From the IMG/VR virus record IMGVR_UViG_3300020196_000017: a stretch of 20,499 nucleotides of DNA, one strand, 5' to 3'. The notes under the pieces are model-generated. The model was not told the origin of the DNA. It was given only the letters and a program-made list of their open reading frames with translations, and did not search any database. Position numbers and translations under genes: made by a program. Positions 1 to 6,644 of the stretch are shown here, one piece after another (position 1 is the first letter of the stretch; every line of letters begins with the position of its first letter). The stretch is from an uncultured virus (IMG/VR IMGVR_UViG_3300020196_000017) (Duplodnaviria; Heunggongvirae; Uroviricota; Caudoviricetes).

Positions 1-183
1 GGTAAAATTCAAGCCATTCGTTCTTTCTACATGAAAGACGATGAACTTACTCCGCTCAAGCAACCAGAGTTCCAACTGAAAGTCATCGACTATGCTTTTG
101 GTTCCAAGCCTCAACCAAAGGCCGAACCCAAAGCTACCAAGAAGACCAAAGCTCAGCCTACGCTTGAGCCAGTGGAACTCTAA
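1..183 (+). CDS. 3' end of hypothetical protein (partial, starts before window)
   Basis: Frame 1 open from base 1 to TAA 181-183: GKIQAIRSFYMKDDELTPLKQPEFQLKVIDYAFGSKPQPKAEPKATKKTKAQPTLEPVEL. Confidence 0.75.
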   Translation, partial: GKIQAIRSFYMKDDELTPLKQPEFQLKVIDYAFGSKPQPKAEPKATKKTKAQPTLEPVEL

Positions 184-188
184 TTGAC

Positions 189-237
189 GGTTACACTAAG
201 GGACTTCGGTCCCTTTCTGTAGCCCTCGATGGCTACA
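189..237 (+). promoter_or_regulatory. Structured intergenic element: cUUCGg hairpin within an extended stem, with an alternative pairing
   Basis: AAGGGAC-TTCG-GTCCCTT (198-215); GGTTACA (189-195) or GGCTACA (231-237) can each pair with TGTAGCC (218-224). Confidence 0.6.
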
Positions 238-264
238 CCACTTATTACACATTCACTTCACAAC

Positions 265-456
265 ATGAAACAAGTTATTAAACTACGTCCCAACAGTTAT
301 GTCCACCTTGATTCCTATGGCGAAGCTAAGGATTCATTTATTGCCAACATGCTGATTACTCTTGTTGTTGTCGGTATTGCTGCAATGACAGGAGCCGCTG
401 CTGTTGGCGTGGACATTACTAACATTCAACCTATTACTATTCAACAATCCAAATGA
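265..456 (+). CDS. Small membrane protein, hypothetical
   Basis: ATG 265 follows an AC-rich leader; hydrophobic segment MLITLVVVGIAAMTGAAAVGV; ATGA overlap with next gene. Confidence 0.7.
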   Translation: MKQVIKLRPNSYVHLDSYGEAKDSFIANMLITLVVVGIAAMTGAAAVGVDITNIQPITIQQSK

Positions 457-803
457 CTACTGCCCTTGCATCTCGTTTAGAAACTCTTGCTAATCGCATC
501 AATCAACTCTTTGTTGCATTGTGTGAGAACTATGCCAAGAGCAATGCCGGTAGTAAGTATTACCATCCGGATCAACTTAGTTTTGAAATCGTTTCAGGAA
601 CTAAGTACCACAAAATTGTCATGCACCACCAGGGCAGTCGATCTGTCCATGCGTTTGTCCACAAACAATCTGGTGCTGTCTACAAACCTGCTAGCTGGAA
701 ATCACCAGCTAAACACGTGCGTTACAACTTGCTTGATGACGCATCGTTCGAGGATTGCCTCAAGCGTGCTGACTGGGCAGGTGGGTATTTATACCTACCG
801 TAA
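453..803 (+). CDS. Conserved phage hypothetical protein (SVHAFV..KPASWKxPAKHVRY family)
   Basis: Motif KYHKI...SVHAFV..KxxGxVYKPASWKSPAKHVRYNL recalled from cyanophage/aquatic phage early proteins. Confidence 0.85.
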   Translation: MTTALASRLETLANRINQLFVALCENYAKSNAGSKYYHPDQLSFEIVSGTKYHKIVMHHQGSRSVHAFVHKQSGAVYKPASWKSPAKHVRYNLLDDASFEDCLKRADWAGGYLYLP

Positions 804-810
804 GCCCCAG
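773..810 (+). ncRNA. Motif B copy 1 (stem / CAG..CGUAAGC internal loop / hairpin)
   Basis: CTGGG-CAG-GTGGGTA-TTTA-TACCTAC-CGTAAGC-CCCAG, spanning the stop codon of 453..803. Confidence 0.65.
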
Positions 811-862
811 CTTTGCACACTAGCAAATCCTCGCTATCCTATCAACGTTCCCAACTCATACC

Positions 863-1297
863 ATGGAACTTCTATCCCAGCTTGACGTTCAGAACCCTGA
901 TCACGTCAGCGTTATTACCCGGTCTGGTCGTGTCATTATCTCCGTTCGTAAGAATGGATCTGATGTGACTGTCGGTTTTCCCGTCAACACATCAATCTTT
1001 GACACTACCCCCAGACCCCCGCTGGCACAATCAGCGCCAGCACCTAAACCTATTAGAGACGAACTACGTCAGAAACGTATTGAATCAGCTGCCGCTCGTA
1101 TGAGTAAAGCTGCTCGTTTTAATACCAAACTCACATTGCAATCAGCACGTCAAATTAAAGACATGCTGGTAGACAAAGAGATTATGGCTAAGTTCAGGTC
1201 TAGGCACCAAGCTCATTTGCAAATTGCACAAGCCTATGGTGTGAGCGTTCATGCCATTAGGGCAATTGACAAAGGTACGGCTTGGAAATCTGCCTGA
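863..1297 (+). CDS. Hypothetical protein with C-terminal helix-turn-helix
   Basis: C-term KLT..ARQIK...IAQAYGVSVHAIRAIDKGTAWK resembles the HTH tail seen on phage HNH-associated DNA-binding proteins. Confidence 0.7.
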   Translation: MELLSQLDVQNPDHVSVITRSGRVIISVRKNGSDVTVGFPVNTSIFDTTPRPPLAQSAPAPKPIRDELRQKRIESAAARMSKAARFNTKLTLQSARQIKDMLVDKEIMAKFRSRHQAHLQIAQAYGVSVHAIRAIDKGTAWKSA

Positions 1298-1305
1298 CTT
1301 ATGCC

Positions 1306-1401
1306 ACGTCTTGGGCAGGCGAAGCGTAATGTTTAATCAATGGACTCACTTGGATTTATCCCAGTGGGTCCTACACACCTTCGGTGACGTTAAACTGCCT
1401 A
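1306..1401 (+). ncRNA. Motif A copy 1: H-type pseudoknot with 68-nt structured insertion in L2
   Basis: ACGTC(1306-10) TT GGGCA(1313-17) [1318-1385] GACGT(1386-90) TAAAC TGCCT(1396-1400). Confidence 0.7.
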
Positions 1402-1429
1402 TTCTTTTTGGCTACACAGCATTCAACTC

Positions 1430-1582
1430 ATGGATCTTAATCAATTCGAAAATGACATTCCATCTGATGCACTTGATGCATTAGCTGATCTTGCTTATTT
1501 TCAACGTCAAGCAATGATGGAAGAACTCATTACTCAACCATCTACAACTCATGAAACCATCCTCTACTCCCCAACAACATGA
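1430..1582 (+). CDS. Small acidic hypothetical protein, 50 aa (not in ORF track)
   Basis: MDLNQFENDIPSDALDALADLAYFQRQAMMEELITQPSTTHETILYSPTT; ATG 28 nt after motif A. Confidence 0.6.
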   Translation: MDLNQFENDIPSDALDALADLAYFQRQAMMEELITQPSTTHETILYSPTT

Positions 1583-2003
1583 CATAGTTTTGGTATTGAT
1601 ATTCATTATCATTACCAGCGTTCAGCTCTTCATTCAATTCATTGCAGAACTATGGCATTTCATCCAGTTACCCAAGAAATCGCAGAAGCTTTCGGCTATG
1701 AACCCATGTCCGAAGCTGAGCGTAATCAACAATTCCAGCTCACTCCAAACTACGACTCCATTCAAGACGGAGTCCCAAAAGCTGGAAGTATCTATCTCAA
1801 CAAATGCGGAGTCTATCGCTATTACTGGATCCCAGAAGGTGACAACTACACCGACGAAGAGAAAGGTGACCTCCAAGGCTGGTACGATATCCCGCTCAAC
1901 GAAGACATCGAAGACTGGTGTTTCGATTCCTGCGCTTTCACGCCAGCGGAAGATGAAGTCGAACCTGACCACCCAGACAGCTGGCTTAGGCTTCTCGGTT
2001 TGA
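1551..2003 (+). CDS. Possible membrane protein overlapping 1652..2008 in another frame
   Basis: N-terminal hydrophobic helix IVLVLIFIIITSVQLFIQFIAELWHFI lies mostly outside other ORFs; S/T/K-rich tail overlaps next gene. Confidence 0.4.
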   Translation: MKPSSTPQQHDIVLVLIFIIITSVQLFIQFIAELWHFIQLPKKSQKLSAMNPCPKLSVINNSSSLQTTTPFKTESQKLEVSISTNAESIAITGSQKVTTTPTKRKVTSKAGTISRSTKTSKTGVSIPALSRQRKMKSNLTTQTAGLGFSV

Positions 2004-2008
2004 TTTAA
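1652..2008 (+). CDS. Acidic phage hypothetical protein
   Basis: C-terminal VEPDHPDSWLRLLGLI motif of a type recalled from phage hypotheticals; codon usage like neighbours. Confidence 0.75.
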   Translation: MAFHPVTQEIAEAFGYEPMSEAERNQQFQLTPNYDSIQDGVPKAGSIYLNKCGVYRYYWIPEGDNYTDEEKGDLQGWYDIPLNEDIEDWCFDSCAFTPAEDEVEPDHPDSWLRLLGLI

Positions 2009-2102
2009 GTATTGTTTGCCTACAAGAAACTGTCAATACTGCCCACAGCCTGGATCATTAAAGATCCGGTTGACTCTTCCAAATTCCAACGCACTTCCGA
2101 CA

Positions 2103-2381
2103 ATGCAAAAGTATTTAAATGAGTATTTCGCAGTTTGCGAAGTCTTAGCTGATCTCAAAGCTATTATCCAACGTGAAAATGAACGCCATGAAATGGATCA
2201 ACACCTTGTTCCATCCATGCGTGATCTAATTGAAAACGAAATTATTCCTTTGCTTGAAAATGAGATTGATGCAGATCCAACTCCTCAATATCTCTACGAC
2301 GACACCGGTGGTGAACCTCCGATGACTGCAGCGGAAATACATCACGTTGCCTGGGTGCAACACCAGGCTTTGCACTCGTGA
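2103..2381 (+). CDS. Hypothetical protein
   Basis: ATG 2103 after a G-poor leader preferred over TTG 2016. Confidence 0.7.
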   Translation: MQKYLNEYFAVCEVLADLKAIIQRENERHEMDQHLVPSMRDLIENEIIPLLENEIDADPTPQYLYDDTGGEPPMTAAEIHHVAWVQHQALHS

Positions 2382-2413
2382 TTTTATCTACCGCAAAGTT
2401 AAGAAACCATTAA

Positions 2414-2590
2414 GAAGTAAGGGCTGGTTCGCATTAGAACCTAAGTCTGGTGCGGCCAGACGCCCTTTGCTTCATCATTATTCCGGTTGGGCCTGAACCA
2501 AGCGGAATCCCCTTAAACAATCCACTGGCCAGTGGGTCCCTGCAGGAGACTCACTCATTGTAACCACAGTTACAGGTCCATGGCCAGGGG
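2414..2590. ncRNA. Candidate multi-domain structured RNA
   Basis: Three-way junction 2414-2473, hairpin 2481-2507, multibranch 2525-2587 in a 250-nt intergenic gap. Confidence 0.5.
2559..2574. promoter_or_regulatory. NtcA-like palindrome TGTA-N8-TACA
   Basis: TGTAACCACAGTTACA; could instead be just an RNA hairpin. Confidence 0.4.
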
Positions 2591-2633
2591 TTGACACATC
2601 TGGTAAACTTACAATTCATCACACCATCAACTT

Positions 2634-2852
2634 ATGTCACAGCTCAACGACGCACCCAAGCCCCGCATCCCTGATGCAATGGATTTCCAACGGCTGCAAG
2701 CAATGCAGATCGTTGCCAAGATGAAGGAATCAGCTGACAAATACGGTGTTGGATTCGTTGGTGGATTTGTATCTGCCAACGGTGAAAAATTCATGATGTC
2801 CAACATGTCAGATGAAGACACTTTAATGCTCTTGCCTGAAGATCTCCAATGA
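2634..2852 (+). CDS. Hypothetical protein
   Basis: 72-aa ORF, AC-rich leader, ATGA overlap with next ORF. Confidence 0.75.
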   Translation: MSQLNDAPKPRIPDAMDFQRLQAMQIVAKMKESADKYGVGFVGGFVSANGEKFMMSNMSDEDTLMLLPEDLQ

Positions 2853-3013
2853 AAGAAGTTATTTACTACAAAATCATTTCAATTGATGGACGTGATCACA
2901 CAATTAGTTGTTGTGATTATTCAGAGTCCATTAATGAATTAATTAAAGACAACATTCTTGAAGACAATGATTCAGAAATTGTTGATCACATTTTTCAAGA
3001 GGAATGTACGTGA
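2849..3013 (+). CDS. Small acidic hypothetical protein, 54 aa (not in ORF track)
   Basis: MKEVIYYKIISIDGRDHTISCCDYSESINELIKDNILEDNDSEIVDHIFQEECT; ATGA coupling to upstream stop. Confidence 0.6.
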   Translation: MKEVIYYKIISIDGRDHTISCCDYSESINELIKDNILEDNDSEIVDHIFQEECT

Positions 3014-3094
3014 CTAACAATCAGTCCGAACTAATTGATGCACTTATTGGAGATTTTAACTTTGAACGTGTGTTAACTGAATCATGTACTTGGG

Positions 3095-3304
3095 ATGACT
3101 GACAAATCACCAATTAATTTTGATAGGACAATCCACGGCTTCAATATTACGGAACATGGCATTAAGTCTTATACAAAATCATTCAAGCTTGGACCGTTTC
3201 AGTTAACACTGAACGCCCGTAAGTCTGGTGTCCTTGGGTCGGTATCGATCCCTGGTACTGGCTTGTCCAAGCGAAACATCAACCTATTCAATTTCAACTC
3301 ATGA
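3095..3304 (+). CDS. DUF4236-like small protein
   Basis: KSFKLGPFQLTLN..KSGV..SVSIPGTGLS matches the DUF4236 pattern. Confidence 0.65.
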   Translation: MTDKSPINFDRTIHGFNITEHGIKSYTKSFKLGPFQLTLNARKSGVLGSVSIPGTGLSKRNINLFNFNS

Positions 3305-3516
3305 ATCCAACTGAACTCACACAACTTATTTGCATGATGGAAACACGGGGCGGTTCTTTTGTAGCCGCCATCGGTGCAGCCTTGCGTTATGCAGATCCTG
3401 TCAATCGGCAACGATTGCTTGATGCATTTCCAGATCTTGTAGAAAAGTATGGCCCCAACGGCATGTTTGCTGTTGCTCGTGCCATGGCAGAAGACCTTAT
3501 CTCAAACAAATCATGA
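3301..3516 (+). CDS. Conserved phage hypothetical protein
   Basis: GGSF...IGAAL..ADPxNxxRLxxAFPDLxxKY motif; ATGA overlaps on both sides. Confidence 0.8.
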   Translation: MNPTELTQLICMMETRGGSFVAAIGAALRYADPVNRQRLLDAFPDLVEKYGPNGMFAVARAMAEDLISNKS

Positions 3517-3770
3517 CCGTCCTTGCAATCGAAGACACTTCTATTGATGGATCCCATGTCACAGTTACAGCTGTTGTGGATGAGATGCGTCTCATCTACC
3601 GTGCAACTCAGTTTGAACCTGAGGAATATGCTCCTGCATTATGCAGCGCAAGCTTTGAGCTGGATCCAGAGGAACAAATTCCTGTTGATGAAGATGGCTT
3701 CTGTAGTTATCTTGATCAACGAGATTTGCTCTGGCAACTGGTCGACACTTCCGACTGGGATCTAGATTGA
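3513..3770 (+). CDS. Acidic hypothetical protein
   Basis: 85-aa ORF translationally coupled to previous gene. Confidence 0.75.
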   Translation: MTVLAIEDTSIDGSHVTVTAVVDEMRLIYRATQFEPEEYAPALCSASFELDPEEQIPVDEDGFCSYLDQRDLLWQLVDTSDWDLD

Positions 3771-3775
3771 TTCAC

Positions 3776-3803
3776 TGTCCTGAGCATGACATTAAACTGC
3801 TCA
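3776..3803 (+). ncRNA. Motif A copy 2 (H-type pseudoknot)
   Basis: TGTC CT GAGCA T GACA TTAAAC TGCTC A; 28 nt upstream of ATG 3832. Confidence 0.75.
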
Positions 3804-3831
3804 ACACTACGAACTCAACTCTGAACTCACC

Positions 3832-5580
3832 ATGCAATTCCGACTCCCAGAACAACTGCAAACTGAGTTGCTTGCGTATGATCCCAAGCTTAAAGCTCTA
3901 GCTCGCAGTCAAAATCCTAAGAAACAAACCAAGAAAGCAACGCATCCACTTGGTAATCCAAATGATTTGATTCCAGATGATGTTGTTCGTGCATCGCTGC
4001 TTCAAGATGCAATCGATAATATCAACGGTAATCCTGCCGCAGGTAGGTTTCAAATCTTTACCAAAGTGGTAGATGTTGCTACACCCGAAGCACGTACCGT
4101 TACTGTTGCCATTCTTTACTACTATGAGCAATGCTGGTATGCAGCATGGCTTCCGCCCAAGGGTAAAGAAAATGAGTATCTCTACGGTTATGCATATGCA
4201 TATAAAGATACTGCAACAGCATTGAAAATGGTATCACGCTCACTAAATGAAGAAAGACATGAAAACCTAACAGTTGAAAAGCAATATGGACGCAGCAAAT
4301 TTTTTGTGCGTCAAGCTGTTATTACAATTGAAGATGTGCGTAAATCTAAATATGATCAATCGGTAAGACGTTGGAATATTCCAGGTGTTACTTCGTATTA
4401 TCGAAAATCGCAAGATATGTACAGAGCAATTACTGGATTCGAAGACGCATTGCGTAACAAAATTCCTACCTGGTCTGATTCCAGGGGGATCTTTGATCGT
4501 GTTCGTTGCACTGGAATCGGTAACCTTCTGATTGAAGAAGCAACACCCAATGTAGTTGCTGATCTTGAATCGTGGTTGCCTTCATATGAATCGTTGATGC
4601 AGATCATTGATTCAGATCCAGGGGAGTATCCATATCGTTTGGTAGAGTATCGTTCGTTTGCATCTATTAAGCACATTATTAATACACCGTATTTCCGTAG
4701 GTGGATTCAACAACAATGTGATTTATCCATTGCTACATTCAATAATCCAGCCACAGAATATGCGGCAGATGTCAAGCGTCCGTGGTTGACAATCAAAGCA
4801 TATCTCGGTGCTATCAATAGTATCTACGCAATCTGGCCTAATTGTCCCATTGATTACTATCAAAATAATATTGACGTATTGCTCGGTGTTACTTTCCGTT
4901 TGAATCAAAACGAAAAGACATTTGAATGGCTACGTCAACATATGCCAATTGCATCATTTATCGGCATCTTGTCTAAGTTTTACCAAGAACAATTGCAAGA
5001 GGCTAAAAAAGATAATCGTTTGCACCACCGCCGTAGCTTGTATTATAGCGAACGTTTGGGAAGAAACGTATTTAGCTTCTCTGATCTCAGTGATGCACTA
5101 TCAATGCTGACTCAGGTTCTATCCCATGGAGATCTTGAACCACCTAAGCGTTGGCGCATCGCTGAGTTCCATGATTATGTACAAGGTGAAGCCTGGAAGA
5201 TCAAGAATCCAAATGAAGGTCTGCCCCAAGACTTGTTCCCGCAACCAGTCAAGGTGCAACTTGATGGTGAAACTTGGTTATTCTTCCAGCCATATGACAC
5301 ACACCAGCTGTCAAGCTGGGGTCAAGCTGTTCGTAATTGCATTGGTTCTGCTACGCATTATGCGGAAGACTGCAAGAAGAAGAAACACTTTATTGTTCTG
5401 TGCATGATTGACGGTAAGCCTCAGTTCACCATTCAACTCACCGTTGATATGGGTATGATGTCCGTCAAGCAAATTGCTGGCATTGCCAACAAGAGTCTCA
5501 CGCAAGAACAGAAAGATCAATACACTCAAGCATTTGGCTTGGCCTTGCAATCTCGTAACGCTCAGCTAGTATCTGCGTAG
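3832..5580 (+). CDS. PcfJ-domain-containing protein
   Basis: C-terminal HD...P....L..WG..VRNCIGS..Y...C......IV......P..TIQL......QI.G..N is the PcfJ-like signature; long N-terminal region unrecognised. Confidence 0.75.
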   Translation: MQFRLPEQLQTELLAYDPKLKALARSQNPKKQTKKATHPLGNPNDLIPDDVVRASLLQDAIDNINGNPAAGRFQIFTKVVDVATPEARTVTVAILYYYEQCWYAAWLPPKGKENEYLYGYAYAYKDTATALKMVSRSLNEERHENLTVEKQYGRSKFFVRQAVITIEDVRKSKYDQSVRRWNIPGVTSYYRKSQDMYRAITGFEDALRNKIPTWSDSRGIFDRVRCTGIGNLLIEEATPNVVADLESWLPSYESLMQIIDSDPGEYPYRLVEYRSFASIKHIINTPYFRRWIQQQCDLSIATFNNPATEYAADVKRPWLTIKAYLGAINSIYAIWPNCPIDYYQNNIDVLLGVTFRLNQNEKTFEWLRQHMPIASFIGILSKFYQEQLQEAKKDNRLHHRRSLYYSERLGRNVFSFSDLSDALSMLTQVLSHGDLEPPKRWRIAEFHDYVQGEAWKIKNPNEGLPQDLFPQPVKVQLDGETWLFFQPYDTHQLSSWGQAVRNCIGSATHYAEDCKKKKHFIVLCMIDGKPQFTIQLTVDMGMMSVKQIAGIANKSLTQEQKDQYTQAFGLALQSRNAQLVSA

Positions 5581-5592
5581 TTTCCACGGCTT

Positions 5593-5621
5593 GCCGGTCT
5601 TAGTCTCGTACTAAGGCCGGT
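5593..5621 (+). promoter_or_regulatory. Strong intergenic hairpin
   Basis: GCCGGTCTTAGT-CTCGT-ACTAAGGCCGGT, 12-bp stem, no U tract. Confidence 0.5.
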
Positions 5622-5632
5622 ACCTCGTACTT

Positions 5633-5848
5633 ATGGAATACACTGACGATCAACTCCTTGCCATGGCACTTGGCAATATCGGTGATTTCATCCATGACAA
5701 TTCACCACACTATGTGTTGATCGAAGAAGATTTTCGCAACGATGAGGACTACGACACTTGGGATTATGGCACTGAGCCATTGCCCCAAGATCACACTTGG
5801 CGTCATACATCTATTGATGTTTGTGTAAGTCCAAGTGCGCCTGAGTAG
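5633..5848 (+). CDS. Acidic hypothetical protein whose 3' end overlaps motif B and the tRNA
   Basis: 71-aa ORF; stop TAG lies inside the first 10 nt of the tRNA. Confidence 0.65.
   Translation: MEYTDDQLLAMALGNIGDFIHDNSPHYVLIEEDFRNDEDYDTWDYGTEPLPQDHTWRHTSIDVCVSPSAPE
5794..5837 (+). ncRNA. Motif B copy 2
   Basis: CACTTGG-CGT-CAtACATC-TATT-GATGTtTG-TGTAAGT-CCAAGTG; ends 1 nt before tRNA +1. Confidence 0.7.
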
Positions 5849-5914
5849 CCCAGCGGAAGAGGCAAACGACTTAAAATCGTTCCAGCGTGGGTTCGAATCC
5901 CACCTCAGGTACCA
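5839..5914 (+). tRNA. tRNA-Leu(UAA), 76 nt, encoded CCA, short variable loop
   Basis: Acceptor GCCTGAG/CTCAGGT, discriminator A, CCA; anticodon arm AACGA-CTTAAAA-TCGTT (TAA 5872-5874); T arm GTGGG-TTCGAAT-CCCAC. Confidence 0.95.
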
Positions 5915-5941
5915 ACACACTTCATTTCATTTGGTTTTATC

Positions 5942-6172
5942 ATGCACATTCCTTTGTATAAAGACCCGTTTGAACCTGGTCGTAATTCTTTACTAACCAG
6001 AGAACAAAGAATTTATTTGTACAGACAACGCAAATCTGGAACAACGTTAAAACAGTTATCAATAGAATTAAATATTACAAAAGAACGTATACGACAAATT
6101 TATTTTAAAACAAATAGAATTATTGATTCTATTAAAGTAATTAATAAAGAGAAGTATCAAACAATGGTTTAA
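5942..6172 (+). CDS. Stand-alone sigma-70 region 4-like HTH protein
   Basis: LTREQRIYLYR...GTTLKQLSIELNITKERIRQI parallels sigma region 4 (TLxEIGxxLxVTRERIRQI); visibly AT-richer than neighbours. Confidence 0.7.
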   Translation: MHIPLYKDPFEPGRNSLLTREQRIYLYRQRKSGTTLKQLSIELNITKERIRQIYFKTNRIIDSIKVINKEKYQTMV

Positions 6173-6175
6173 TTT

Positions 6176-6203
6176 CTGGGCGTCCACATGGTGTAAGCCC
6201 CAG
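6176..6203 (+). ncRNA. Motif B copy 3 (minimal)
   Basis: CTGGG-CGT-CCACATGG-TGTAAGC-CCCAG; 27 nt upstream of ATG 6231. Confidence 0.7.
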
Positions 6204-6230
6204 TTTAGTTCAATTCAATTCATTACAACA

Positions 6231-6593
6231 ATGGAATTCCTTTCTGCTTTTCGTCATTTCATCCCTGAGTTCCACGCTTACTCTGATGACGAGCAGCGTT
6301 ACAACCTTGGAGCAACCTGGACAGCGGCTGACGGTCTTAAGGACTATCACAACTTCGAACTACGGTACGTACGTAACTCAGAGCGTCTTGCTCTCCAGGG
6401 TGATCCCCAGCCTGATGGCAGCTGGAAGTATGTGGAACCTTGCGGACGTATTCACACTATGTCCGCAGAACGAGCCAAAGCTTTCATGGAGCAGACTCAT
6501 CATCATGCCACCATCATGTGCGGGATGCTTGATCGCCTGAAAGATGCTGGTCTCATGGAACCGGTCATTGACACGAACGCACAACCTGCCTAA
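6231..6593 (+). CDS. Hypothetical protein
   Basis: 120-aa ORF with AC-rich leader. Confidence 0.8.
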   Translation: MEFLSAFRHFIPEFHAYSDDEQRYNLGATWTAADGLKDYHNFELRYVRNSERLALQGDPQPDGSWKYVEPCGRIHTMSAERAKAFMEQTHHHATIMCGMLDRLKDAGLMEPVIDTNAQPA

Positions 6594-6596
6594 TGT
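6568..6596 (+). promoter_or_regulatory. Sigma70-type promoter candidate
   Basis: TTGACA-17 nt-TAATGT. Confidence 0.5.
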
Positions 6597-6607
6597 GTAG
6601 ACGCACT

Positions 6608-6635
6608 TCCCCCCGTCCCCATCGGGGGGATTTTT
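6608..6635 (+). terminator. Intrinsic terminator candidate
   Basis: TCCCCCCG-TCCCCAT-CGGGGGGA followed by TTTTT. Confidence 0.65.
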
Positions 6636-6644
6636 AATTGCATT

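Noticed and set aside
487..885. 132-aa alternative-frame ORF, and similar nested ORFs inside the polA, PcfJ, GP88 and DUF5895 genes
   Set aside because: Off-frame or antisense shadows of better-supported genes
3188..3229. Additional motif B copy ending CGTAAGTCTGG
   Set aside because: Outer stem would be mostly G-U pairs and the 5' CRK loop is missing; lies mid-CDS
3776..3803. Motif A as a pistol ribozyme (P1 + loop pseudoknot + UAAA)
   Set aside because: The scaffold is superficially similar, but the pseudoknot 3' strand follows UAAAC directly; the P2/P3 catalytic domain is absent
5702..5920. 72-aa minus-strand ORF
   Set aside because: Antisense translation of the tRNA (WDSNPR is a typical tRNA-shadow peptide)
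6176..6203. Motif B as twister ribozyme (AAGCCC)
   Set aside because: No upstream UAA cleavage strand or twister pseudoknot partners are conserved across copies
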